Of a DNA stretch of 64,000 nucleotides, positions 21,512-30,975 are shown piece by piece. The notes under the pieces are model-generated. The model was not told the origin of the DNA and did not search any database. It saw nothing but the letters and a program-made list of their open reading frames with translations. Each line of letters starts with the position of its first letter. The stretch's first letter is position 1. The position numbers were made by a program, and so were the translations under genes. The DNA comes from Bacilli bacterium (lineage in GTDB: Bacteria > Bacillota_I > Bacilli_A > RF39 > UBA660). The stretch lies in NCBI GenBank assembly GCA_017450205.1, contig JAFSVF010000007.1, forward strand, positions 44,060-108,059, read 5' to 3'.

Positions 21512-22359
21512 AAAAAGTAATATTATTCTTAATTCTTTTAATACCTTCTTTTATATCTGCAAAAGAAATAAATTATTGTGAAAGAACTTATGATGATTTA
21601 AAAATAAATGAATCAATAGATATAAATACGATTAATATTGAAGATGTTATGAATACACCATGTGTTAATGATGAAAATAGAGTATACGACTTCAGCGATA
21701 TTCTTACAGATAGTGAAGAAGAAACACTTGAAGGTTTAGTTAAATCTTATATCGAAGCTTATACTAGTGACTATGTAATTTTAACTATAGAAAAAAATCC
21801 TGAATGCAATTATGACTTAGAGACTAATTGTAGTTCAAAATATGCAGAAAACTTTTATAACTATAATAGTTTTAAGAAAAATGGAATATTAGTTTTAATA
21901 GATCTTCAAAATAAAAATAATTTAGTAAGTATTTATACATTTGGCAATGTAACATCAATATTTACTAAATCAACTATTAATAGTATCCTAGATTATTCTT
22001 ATAAGTATTTTAATAATAATGAGTACTTAAATGGACTTAAAGATATTATTTATAATATGAGTAGTTATTATAAAAAAGATTTATCATTCTATAATGAAAC
22101 TAAAGTAACTACTGTTAAAACAGAGAATAAATATTTTATATATTCAATACTAATATTCTTAATATCTTTTTCTATCTCACTTATATTCATTATTTTTAAT
22201 TATAATAAAAGTAAAATAAAAAAAGATGAAACAAAAGAAAATACATTTGTTAAAAATAATGGAGTTAATAAAGTAAATGATCTATTAGTAAGTGAAAATG
22301 AAATAATATCCGATTTAAGTTATTTAGATGATTATAATTTTAAAGGTGATATTTTATGA
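21508..22359 (+). CDS. secreted/membrane protein with possible TPM (TLP18.3/Psb32/MOLO-1-like) domain
   Basis: Signal peptide followed by a YDFSDILTDSEEETLEGLVKSYIEAYTSDYVILTI segment that resembles the TPM-domain start. C-terminal TM. Translationally coupled to the upstream gene. Confidence 0.4.
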   Translation: MKKVILFLILLIPSFISAKEINYCERTYDDLKINESIDINTINIEDVMNTPCVNDENRVYDFSDILTDSEEETLEGLVKSYIEAYTSDYVILTIEKNPECNYDLETNCSSKYAENFYNYNSFKKNGILVLIDLQNKNNLVSIYTFGNVTSIFTKSTINSILDYSYKYFNNNEYLNGLKDIIYNMSSYYKKDLSFYNETKVTTVKTENKYFIYSILIFLISFSISLIFIIFNYNKSKIKKDETKENTFVKNNGVNKVNDLLVSENEIISDLSYLDDYNFKGDIL

Positions 22360-22997
22360 AAAAGAAAATATGTTTATTTGATTGGGGAGGGGTAATTGAA
22401 ACTTCTCATATTGAATATCAAACAATTAGGGATTGCCTTTATTCATTAGGATACTATAATATACATACAACTGATGTATATGATGAATTCCATGAAAAAG
22501 ATTCTTTCTCTCAATTTGATTACATAAATGATGAATCTAAAATAAATGAAGTACTTAAAAAATATTTAAGTAGATTTTCTGATGTAGTAACTGATGAAGA
22601 TGTAAAAAAATATAAAGAAATTTATATTAACATGTTAGTTAATAACCCATATTATAAAGAGGTAAGTGAATATATTTATTCACTTAAAGGAAGAATAGAA
22701 ATAGGAATCTTAAGTAATGCATCAATGTTAGATAAAAAAAGACAAGATAGTCACATAAATTATGAAAAATTAGATTATAAATTTTTATCTTATGAATTAG
22801 GAATGGTCAAACCATTCAAAGAAATATATGAATATGTAGATAATGTATTAAAGGATTATGAAATATTATTTCTAGATGATAAAGAAGTTAATCTAGAAGT
22901 TCCAAAAAGTCTTGGTTGGCACACTTACTTAGTAAAACCAGGTGGAGACTTAGAAGGAATAAAAAAAGTATGTGAAGAATTTATAAAGGAGAATTAA
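22356..22997 (+). CDS. HAD-superfamily hydrolase (YihX-like variant motif I)
   Basis: N-terminal KICLFDWGGVIE resembles the FDLGNV-type HAD motif I. Confidence 0.55.
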   Translation: MKKKICLFDWGGVIETSHIEYQTIRDCLYSLGYYNIHTTDVYDEFHEKDSFSQFDYINDESKINEVLKKYLSRFSDVVTDEDVKKYKEIYINMLVNNPYYKEVSEYIYSLKGRIEIGILSNASMLDKKRQDSHINYEKLDYKFLSYELGMVKPFKEIYEYVDNVLKDYEILFLDDKEVNLEVPKSLGWHTYLVKPGGDLEGIKKVCEEFIKEN

Positions 22998-22998
22998 T

Positions 22999-24213
22999 AT
23001 GAAGAGAGTAGTTATTATTGGAGCTGGTCCAGCAGGACTTACTGCTGCTATAAATGCAGTAAATGATGATACAAGTGTTACTATCTTAGAAAGTAATAGT
23101 GAAGTAGGTAAAAAATTATTACTAACTGGTAATGGAAGATGTAATTATTTTAATGAAACTTTTACTATTGATAAATTTAACTCTAATAATAATGAATTCT
23201 TAAATTTAATAATTAATGAAGATAATATTGATAGAGTATACAAATTCTTTTCTAATTTAGGTATTGAAACAAGGGTTAAAAATGGATATATGTATCCATA
23301 TTCTAATAAAGCATCTACTATTAGAAATGCTCTTTTAGATGAGTGTCTCTTAAGAGGTGTAGATATTAAATATAATTATACAGTTGAGAAAGTAGAATAT
23401 AAAAATGGAGTATATTTAATAGATAAAACTATCGAATGTGATTATTTAATAATTGCAACTGGAGGTTTATCTTTCCCTAAAACTGGATCAACTGGATTTG
23501 CAAAAAAAGTATGTGAAGAATTTGAACTTACATATGTACCTAATACACCATCACTAGTTAAACTTATTACTGATAGTGATCTAAATATAGTTAGTGGTGT
23601 AAGAAGTGATGCAGAAGTATCTTTATATATAGATAATAAAAAGGAAAAATCTGAACTTGGAGAAATCCAATTTAATAAAGATTCAATCTCAGGTATATGT
23701 ATATTTAATATATCTAGAAATGTTAATATAAGCTTAACAAGAAACAGAAAAGTATCTCTTTTTGTAAATCTACTTCCATCTATTAAATATGAAGATATGG
23801 TTTCCTACCTAGATAATAAAGCAAAAAATTTAAAAGATATAACTGTTTCTTCATTCTTACAAAGAATATTTAATGATAAGTTAGTTAAGTTTATTCTTCT
23901 TTCTTCATCAGTAAAAGAAACTAAGTATTATAATAAACTAAGTAATGAAGAAAAAATAAATATAGCTAAAAATATTAGTAAACTTAAATTTAATATCATA
24001 GGCACTGGCGACTATACAACCGCAGAAGTTACTACTGGAGGGATATCTCTTCTAGAACTTAATCTAAACTCTTTCGAAGCTCTAAGACAAAAGAATCTAT
24101 TCTTCATTGGAGAATGTGTAGATGTAGATGGTGACTGTGGTGGATATAATTTAGGTTTTGCATGGATTTCTGGAATTCTTGCAGGTAGTTTTATAAGAGG
24201 AAAAAATGATTAG
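22999..24213 (+). CDS. HI0933/YhiN/BaiN-like flavoprotein
   Basis: VVIIGAGPAGLTAA FAD-binding fold and the TGNGRCNYFN family signature. Confidence 0.85.
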   Translation: MKRVVIIGAGPAGLTAAINAVNDDTSVTILESNSEVGKKLLLTGNGRCNYFNETFTIDKFNSNNNEFLNLIINEDNIDRVYKFFSNLGIETRVKNGYMYPYSNKASTIRNALLDECLLRGVDIKYNYTVEKVEYKNGVYLIDKTIECDYLIIATGGLSFPKTGSTGFAKKVCEEFELTYVPNTPSLVKLITDSDLNIVSGVRSDAEVSLYIDNKKEKSELGEIQFNKDSISGICIFNISRNVNISLTRNRKVSLFVNLLPSIKYEDMVSYLDNKAKNLKDITVSSFLQRIFNDKLVKFILLSSSVKETKYYNKLSNEEKINIAKNISKLKFNIIGTGDYTTAEVTTGGISLLELNLNSFEALRQKNLFFIGECVDVDGDCGGYNLGFAWISGILAGSFIRGKND

Positions 24214-25753
24214 AATTAGAAATATAAAGGTAAATTTAACTGGTGATTTAAAATCGCAAATAAGAAAACTTCTTAAAGTAAGTGATTTTGAATACTCAAT
24301 TGTTAAAAGATCAATAGATGCAAGAAAGAAAGATGTTAACTATATCTATACAGTTGATGTAGATGTATCGCTTAAAGATGTAAAACATATGAGTGATTCT
24401 ATTACAGAAGCTCCAAATGAAAACTATGAATTTAAAATTACTGGAACTAAAAAGCAAGAAAGTAATCCAATCATAGTAGGTGCAGGACCATCAGGTTTAT
24501 TTATAACTTATTTATTAAGTTTATATGGATATAATCCAATACTAATTGAACGTGGAGAAGACGTTGATTCAAGGGTTAAAACCATTAATGAATTTTGGGA
24601 AACTAATAATTTAAATGAAGAAAGTAATGTTCAATTTGGTGAAGGTGGAGCAGGAACATTTAGTGATGGAAAACTAAATACACTTGTTAATGATAAAGAA
24701 TTTAGAAAAAAGTTTGTCTTGGAAACTTTTGTTAAATTTGGAGCAAAAGAAGATATTTTATATGATGCTCATCCTCACATTGGAACAGATTATTTAAGAA
24801 AAGTAGTTAAAAACATGCGTGAAGAAATAATTAGATTGGGTGGTTCAGTAAGATTTAATACAAAACTTACAAATATCAATGTTTCAAATAATGCATTAGT
24901 TTCCATCGAAGTAAATAATAATGAATTAATTAAATGTGATTCTTTATTCTTGTGTATTGGTCACTCAGCAAGAGATACTTTTTATATGTTAAATAGTGTT
25001 GGTTTAGAAATGACTAATAAGCCATTCGCAGTAGGTATAAGAATTATTCATAATGAATCTGATATATCTAAATCAATGTATGGAGAAGCTTATAAATATC
25101 TAGAACCAGCAAGTTATAAACTTACATATAATACAAGCGATAAACGTGGTGTTTACTCATTTTGTATGTGCCCAGGTGGATATGTTGTTAATGCATCAAG
25201 TGAAAAAAATAGATTATGCATTAATGGAATGAGTGATCAAAAACGTGATAGTGGAGCAAGTAACTCAGCAATTGTTGTTACAGTTAACTCTAATGACTTT
25301 GGAGAAAATCTCTTTGCTGGTTTAGAGTTCCAAAGAAGTCTTGAAGAAAAAGCATATGTATTAGGCAGTGGAGTTATACCAATTCAAAGATATGAAGATT
25401 ATACTTTAAATAAAATTAGTGATCACTTTGGTAGTATTAATCCAATTACAAAAGGTAAAACAAACTTTGCTAATTTAAATGAATTATTTCCAAATTATAT
25501 AAATAATTCTTTAAAAGAAGCAATTCCTTATTTTGAAAATAAAATAAAAGGATTCAGTAATCCTGATTCACTTCTACTAGGTATTGAAGCAAGAACATCA
25601 AGTCCAATAAAAATGTTTAGAGAAAATTATGAATCTAATATTAAAGGAATATATCCAACTGGTGAAGGGGCAGGATATGCAGGTGGTATTACTACTGCTG
25701 CAATCGATGGAATTAAACAAGCAGAAAATTACGTTTCAATTTATAGACCTTAG
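24206..25753 (+). CDS. FAD-dependent oxidoreductase (COG2509-like)
   Basis: IIVGAGPSGLF dinucleotide-binding motif. 515 aa. Overlaps the upstream flavoprotein gene. Confidence 0.7.
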   Translation: MIRIRNIKVNLTGDLKSQIRKLLKVSDFEYSIVKRSIDARKKDVNYIYTVDVDVSLKDVKHMSDSITEAPNENYEFKITGTKKQESNPIIVGAGPSGLFITYLLSLYGYNPILIERGEDVDSRVKTINEFWETNNLNEESNVQFGEGGAGTFSDGKLNTLVNDKEFRKKFVLETFVKFGAKEDILYDAHPHIGTDYLRKVVKNMREEIIRLGGSVRFNTKLTNINVSNNALVSIEVNNNELIKCDSLFLCIGHSARDTFYMLNSVGLEMTNKPFAVGIRIIHNESDISKSMYGEAYKYLEPASYKLTYNTSDKRGVYSFCMCPGGYVVNASSEKNRLCINGMSDQKRDSGASNSAIVVTVNSNDFGENLFAGLEFQRSLEEKAYVLGSGVIPIQRYEDYTLNKISDHFGSINPITKGKTNFANLNELFPNYINNSLKEAIPYFENKIKGFSNPDSLLLGIEARTSSPIKMFRENYESNIKGIYPTGEGAGYAGGITTAAIDGIKQAENYVSIYRP

Positions 25754-25831
25754 GGTCTTTTTTCTTTGTCTAAAAAATCGACAAAAAATATATTTCAAAT
25801 AGTTTATTATTCTTTATAAGAAAGGAGTACT

Positions 25832-26716
25832 ATGAATTACTATAATGAAATTAAAAATGAACTTATAAATAATGAGATAAATAGAAGAGTAAAAAACTAT
25901 TCAATTAATAAAAACGAACTAGATACGTACTATACAGTTGGAAAATTATTATTAGACGCTGGTAACCAATATGGAGATAGAATTATTAAAGAGTATTCTT
26001 TAAAACTTACAAAAGAATTAGGACCAGGATATAGTCAAAGAAACCTAAGAAACATGAGACAATTTTATAAAATATCTCTAAAATGGCAGACATTGTCTGC
26101 CAAATTAAGTTGGAGTTATTATTGTGAAGTTCTTTGGTTTGATGATGATAGATTTCAATATTATATTAAGGCTGCAGAATTAAATAATTTATCAGTAAGA
26201 CAATTAAGGGAAAGAATAAAATCTAATGAATACGAAAGATTGCCAGATGAAACAAAAAACAAAATTATCAATAGTCAAAAACTTGATGTAAAAGATTTAG
26301 TTCCTAATCCCATATTAATTAAAAATAAGAATAATGTTGAAATTGTAAATGAAAAAGCACTACATAGATTAATCTTAGAAGATATTGAATCGTTTATGAA
26401 AGAACTAGGAAATTCCTTTTGCTTTATAGGTAGTGAATATAAAATAAAAATAGGCGATAGAAATTATTATATTGATCTATTGTTATTCAATATAAAGTAT
26501 AATTGCTATGTAGTTGTTGAATTAAAAGTAACTGAATATAAAGCAGAATATATTTCACAAGTTCAAAAGTATATGAATTACATAGATAAAAATGTCAAAG
26601 AAGTAAGTAACAATAATACAATAGGAATATTAATTTGTAAAAGAGAAAACAAGTTTGTAATAGAATATTGTTCAGATGAAAGAATTGCAGTTAGAGAATA
26701 TAAGATTATATTATAA
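25832..26716 (+). CDS. YhcG/DUF1016-family PDDEXK nuclease-domain protein
   Basis: YhcG-like N-terminal region (NYYNEIKNELINNEINRRV...TVGKLL). C-terminal core YIDLLLFNIKYNCYVVVELK carries a D...ExK motif. Confidence 0.7.
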   Translation: MNYYNEIKNELINNEINRRVKNYSINKNELDTYYTVGKLLLDAGNQYGDRIIKEYSLKLTKELGPGYSQRNLRNMRQFYKISLKWQTLSAKLSWSYYCEVLWFDDDRFQYYIKAAELNNLSVRQLRERIKSNEYERLPDETKNKIINSQKLDVKDLVPNPILIKNKNNVEIVNEKALHRLILEDIESFMKELGNSFCFIGSEYKIKIGDRNYYIDLLLFNIKYNCYVVVELKVTEYKAEYISQVQKYMNYIDKNVKEVSNNNTIGILICKRENKFVIEYCSDERIAVREYKIIL

Positions 26717-26908
26717 TTTCAATAATAAAAAAATTACGTTAATATTTTTTATGTAATAATAGAAAACAATTTATGAAGAAGTGAGTAATGATAAATTATT
26801 ATTTTAAATAAATTTAGGGAGTTGCTTAAAATGAAAAAAGATCAGTAATCTTTTTCTTTTTTTGTTAAATGAATTGTATTATAATTTATTTAAGATGGAG
26901 GGTTTTAA

Positions 26909-27292
26909 ATGGAAGAGAAAAATTCATATGTATTTATCGGAACTGAATACTTTTTAAGTAGTAAATCAACTGCATTTTGTTATTTAAAGTTAAATAATGA
27001 AATTGGACATGTAGAAATTAAATATATTTTTGATTTAGTTCATGAAAAGTTTTTAAGTAATAATAATATTTATCACTTAGATAATGAAGTATTTAATAAA
27101 ATAGTTAATACAAAAGTTTTTGATAATAATGGAGTTCCTGGAATAATTTCTAAAATGGTTCCAGATAATATATGTAGAGATTTCGTTTATATTTATAATG
27201 AACTTACTAAGGATTATACTTTTAGTGATTCATTTGCAATTAATCATATAAATGAAGAATATAAATTAAAAATAAAAGAAAGAGTGATTTAA
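26909..27292 (+). CDS. hypothetical protein
   Basis: ORF with RBS ggaggg. No recognisable motif. Confidence 0.4.
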   Translation: MEEKNSYVFIGTEYFLSSKSTAFCYLKLNNEIGHVEIKYIFDLVHEKFLSNNNIYHLDNEVFNKIVNTKVFDNNGVPGIISKMVPDNICRDFVYIYNELTKDYTFSDSFAINHINEEYKLKIKERVI

Positions 27293-27293
27293 T

Positions 27294-27980
27294 ATGCGCG
27301 AGTGGATAAAATATAATAAAGGTTCAAATCCTTTAAAAATACTTGAACTTGTTAAAGATAATAATGTATGGAATTTAAATAGAGAAGAAATACATCAAGT
27401 TCTTGATAAGAATGATATTTTATTTTTTATGGTAGATGGATCAATTAAATTAATGATTTATGTTAATGGATTAAAAGTAAATGGTGTCTTTGGCTATGGA
27501 GAAAAAGCTAAAGTAGAAGATATCTACTTAGATGATTTAAAAAAAGAATTATCTTTATTTAAAGATAATAAAGAATATATGGAAAAAGTTAATAATCATA
27601 TTCAAGTAGCTGAAGTATATAAAAAGTTTAATAATGATTGTGAACTTAATATTGATGATTTAAAAGTAATTTATCAAGTTAACAAACCACTTGAAGGCTT
27701 TACTTCAGCACTTGAACAAAAACTAGACGAGATGAAAAGTAATCGAATTAAAGAAAAAGATATATCTGAAATATTTAATGTTAATGAAGAAAAAATTGCG
27801 TTTGATATTGATGAAGTAAATGAAGAAACTGAAGTATTCGTAGGTAATCTATCAGTAGATGATTATAATTTAGATCTAATAAGTAATATTAAATATGTAA
27901 TTGGATACATTTACTTAGATAATAAAAAATTAAAAACAAAAGTACATGTTAAATCCTGCTGGGGATATGAATGTTTATAA
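27294..27980 (+). CDS. hypothetical protein
   Basis: Translationally coupled to the upstream ORF. No recognisable motif. Confidence 0.4.
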   Translation: MREWIKYNKGSNPLKILELVKDNNVWNLNREEIHQVLDKNDILFFMVDGSIKLMIYVNGLKVNGVFGYGEKAKVEDIYLDDLKKELSLFKDNKEYMEKVNNHIQVAEVYKKFNNDCELNIDDLKVIYQVNKPLEGFTSALEQKLDEMKSNRIKEKDISEIFNVNEEKIAFDIDEVNEETEVFVGNLSVDDYNLDLISNIKYVIGYIYLDNKKLKTKVHVKSCWGYECL

Positions 27981-28010
27981 AAAATAGAAGAACTATCTTC
28001 TATTTTTTTT
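27981..28010 (+). terminator. rho-independent terminator
   Basis: aatagaaga-acta-tcttctatt stem followed by T8. Confidence 0.45.
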
Positions 28011-28043
28011 ATATTTTAATTATAATTATACTAGGTGGTATAT

Positions 28044-28529
28044 ATGAGAGTAATAAAAATCATATTTGCTTGTTTAGGTATTCTAATATCTATTGGTACT
28101 TTCTATATAGTATCTAATTATTACGATAGTACTAATGATAGATTTTCATTTATAGATTTAAATGTTGTAGAAGTAAAAAAAGATACTGGAGACAATACTC
28201 AAGATGAAGTAGTAGGAGACAGACCAAAAATAACATTCTCAAATGTATATAGTTTAAAATATAAATATTATCAAATGGCTGGAATATTCTTTGTAAATGG
28301 ATTTTTAGTTTCTCTAATAATTATCTGGATGCTTCAAACAAGATTTTATAAAATAAGTGCATCAGAAAACATTGAAGACATAGATAACTTAATTGTATTA
28401 TTTATGACAGCAATTACTTTAGGACTAATCCTAGCTATGACTCAAATAGTTATTTTTAATAGAGTTTATAGAACTACTAATACTAAAAATATTAATAGTA
28501 TTAATACAAAAGAGGTAGTTAAAAATTAA
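28044..28529 (+). CDS. small membrane protein (3-4 TM)
   Basis: Hydrophobic segments. The ATG at 28044 is preferred over the GTG at 28035. Confidence 0.45.
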   Translation: MRVIKIIFACLGILISIGTFYIVSNYYDSTNDRFSFIDLNVVEVKKDTGDNTQDEVVGDRPKITFSNVYSLKYKYYQMAGIFFVNGFLVSLIIIWMLQTRFYKISASENIEDIDNLIVLFMTAITLGLILAMTQIVIFNRVYRTTNTKNINSINTKEVVKN

Positions 28530-28559
28530 CTTGTTTTATTAACAAGTTTTTGTTATAAT
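28529..28559 (+). promoter_or_regulatory. putative sigma-A promoter for the small K-rich ORF
   Basis: TTGTTT, 17-nt spacer, TATAAT. Overlaps the upstream terminator hairpin aacttgtt / aacaagtt. Confidence 0.4.
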
Positions 28560-28586
28560 GTTAATCGACGCAAAGGAGTGAAATAA

Positions 28587-28736
28587 ATGAGAACTTATAA
28601 AAAGAATTTACCAGATGGAGTAAAATCTGCATTCGGAGCTGTTCGTGGAGTTAAAGTTAAATTTATTAACAAAAAAATGGCTGACGAAAAAAAGAAAAAA
28701 GAAATCGCTAAAAAAGCTGCAAAATCTGCTAAATAA
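28587..28736 (+). CDS. small lysine-rich protein (49 aa); below the 60-aa length of the shortest ORF in the supplied track
   Basis: Strong RBS aaaggagtg 6 nt before the ATG. Sequence MRTYKKNLPDGVKSAFGAVRGVKVKFINKKMADEKKKKEIAKKAAKSAK. Own promoter and a T-run after the stop. Confidence 0.5.
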   Translation: MRTYKKNLPDGVKSAFGAVRGVKVKFINKKMADEKKKKEIAKKAAKSAK

Positions 28737-28814
28737 TTTAGTTGATTTTTTTTTGCTTAATTTTTGACAAAAAAATAATTTGTGATAATATATATCCTAC
28801 GAAAGAGGATTATT

Positions 28815-29654
28815 ATGATCAAGTTAGATAAAGATTCAAATGGAATAATTAATATTAATAATTTAAATGTTAATATAGATATGTTTAATCCTGATAGATG
28901 TGGATTTAGGTTTGTTAAAGATGAAACAAGATATTTCTTTAAAAGATGTGGTAAAGAAGAAACCTTTAAGGAAATTTTTGCATCAAAAGTCGCAGATAAA
29001 ATGGGTATTGAACATGCAAGTTATGATATTGCTACATTTAGTGGTAATGAAGGCGTTGTATGTAACGCAGTTAATAAACAAGATGAAGAATTTATTTCTT
29101 TTGGTCAAATAAGAAGTAAACTTAAAATTAGTTATAAATATGATAATAGTATTGATACTATGAAAAAGAAAATATTACCTAAGATATGTTTATTTAATTC
29201 TAAAGAAGAATTAGATAAATTTATTAATGTATTTATCTTTGATATATTAATGGCTAATAGTGATAGAAACTGTGGAAATATAGGTTTTATTAAAAAGAAT
29301 AATAATTATAGAGTTTCTCCAATATTTGATAATGAAGAAATAGTAAATACACTTGCAATTGATGAACATACATATTCATTTACTGTTATAAATAGAAAAT
29401 TTGATGGTTTAAATTATGATACAATCATAGATTTCTTTAAAAATAAAAACTATGGTTATTTACTTAGTGATGCAATAGATAATTTCAATTTAGAAGATTT
29501 ATATGATTTAGTAGAAGAAATAAATCAAATATATCCTAATAAATTTGATAAAGACTATGAAATCCATGTTCTTAGTGAACTTAAAAGAAATTTACAAATA
29601 CTAAAAGAGTATAGATATGATTACTATAATGAAAGTAAAATGTTGAGAAGATAA
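28815..29654 (+). CDS. HipA-like (HipA_C kinase core) protein
   Basis: FINVFIFDILMANSDRNCGNIGFI...RVSPIFDNE matches the HipA C-terminal catalytic region pattern (F..VFN.L..N.D.H.KN......LSPAYD) with His replaced by Asn. RBS aagagga. Confidence 0.45.
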   Translation: MIKLDKDSNGIININNLNVNIDMFNPDRCGFRFVKDETRYFFKRCGKEETFKEIFASKVADKMGIEHASYDIATFSGNEGVVCNAVNKQDEEFISFGQIRSKLKISYKYDNSIDTMKKKILPKICLFNSKEELDKFINVFIFDILMANSDRNCGNIGFIKKNNNYRVSPIFDNEEIVNTLAIDEHTYSFTVINRKFDGLNYDTIIDFFKNKNYGYLLSDAIDNFNLEDLYDLVEEINQIYPNKFDKDYEIHVLSELKRNLQILKEYRYDYYNESKMLRR

Positions 29655-29656
29655 TT

Positions 29657-30286
29657 ATGGATGCGCATTTTGATTCAAATAATTTAAAAGAGTTTTTAAA
29701 AACAAATAAACCAATAGGTAAAGGTTACTTTGGTAGCTGTTACTTATATAATAATGACTACGTATTAAAAGCTATGGTTGAAGAATCTAAGAAGAAAAGT
29801 AATAGAGTTATTTATAAAGAAATTAAAGAAGATAAAAAACTAGAAGAATATTATTTTAAGACTTATGATACTAACTATACAACTAAAGAAGAAAGACTAA
29901 AAGAAACAATGGAAAGACTTTCCTATACAAAATATAGTTATGATTTAATTCAAGGATTAGCATACTATTATAATTATTGTTTTGGTACAGTATTAAAGTA
30001 TTATAAAGATTATTTAACTCTAGCGCATTCATCAATATATAATTTATCACAAGAAGAATTAGATGAGTTATATCATAACATTGAAGTATCTTATGAAGAT
30101 TTATTTAATAACTATATATATCCATTAGATATTAGAGATGAAAATATAATGTTTAATAATAATTTAGAAGTTAAACTAATAGATTTAGATGATGGATTAA
30201 CTTTTTATAATTATAATAAAAGTGAGAAAAAAGAAGAAATATGTAGAAATAAATTAAAAGAAATTAGAAAGGATCTTAAAAGATGA
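29657..30286 (+). CDS. minimal protein-kinase-like fold protein
   Basis: Gly-rich loop IGKGYFGSCY, beta3 Lys in VLK, catalytic-loop-like DIRDENIM and DFG-like LIDLDDG. 209 aa. Confidence 0.4.
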   Translation: MDAHFDSNNLKEFLKTNKPIGKGYFGSCYLYNNDYVLKAMVEESKKKSNRVIYKEIKEDKKLEEYYFKTYDTNYTTKEERLKETMERLSYTKYSYDLIQGLAYYYNYCFGTVLKYYKDYLTLAHSSIYNLSQEELDELYHNIEVSYEDLFNNYIYPLDIRDENIMFNNNLEVKLIDLDDGLTFYNYNKSEKKEEICRNKLKEIRKDLKR

Positions 30287-30846
30287 AGATTATAAATAAA
30301 AGAAAAATAAAAGGGAGTTTAATAGGTTTAAGTTTACTTGCTTTAGTAGGATGTACAAAAATAAATCCAGATACAGATATTCCAAAGTCTATTGATGCTT
30401 TAAATATCGAAGAAGTAAATGATGAAGAAGTGGTAAAATTTAATGATTTAGAAGATATAAATGTTTACTTCGAATATAGAGTAACTGATAAAAATATTAT
30501 ATATGGATCATCTGTTTTAAAAGAAGTAGATGGTGATAATTATAAAGCCTACTACAATTATAAAAGTGGTAATTTAGTGGGAGTAGAATTTGATAACTTA
30601 AGTGAAGCTGATAAATTCTTTTACAGAAATTATTTAAATACATCGTTCATTAAAGTATCAACTCTTGAAGAACAACTTACTAATCCAAATAATATTAAGT
30701 TAATTCAAGATGGTATAAACTTTGATGAAGAATATATAAACTTGGATACTTTAAGATTAATGGACGCTTCAATGTATCCACATAACAAAGAAGTATTTAC
30801 AAATGAATTAGATAAAGTATGTGAAGAAAAGAAGCTAACTAGATAG
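30283..30846 (+). CDS. lipoprotein, unknown function
   Basis: Lipobox LLALVGCTK. Coupled to the upstream kinase-like gene. Confidence 0.6.
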   Translation: MKIINKRKIKGSLIGLSLLALVGCTKINPDTDIPKSIDALNIEEVNDEEVVKFNDLEDINVYFEYRVTDKNIIYGSSVLKEVDGDNYKAYYNYKSGNLVGVEFDNLSEADKFFYRNYLNTSFIKVSTLEEQLTNPNNIKLIQDGINFDEEYINLDTLRLMDASMYPHNKEVFTNELDKVCEEKKLTR

Positions 30847-30975
30847 TTAACTTCATTTACTAAAGGCTTTTTAGAACCTTCCAAAATTTGACAAAATCAT
30901 TAAAAAGTAATATATTATGGGCAATTCAAGGGAAGATGATGACTTGAATTTCCGTATAGATAATGGGGGTTATTT

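Noticed and set aside
26838-26865. Tiny MKKDQ* ORF plus hairpin between the PDDEXK gene and the next ORF as a leader-peptide attenuator
   Set aside because: It is too short, and the hairpin aaaagat...atctttt is equally explained as the terminator of the upstream gene.
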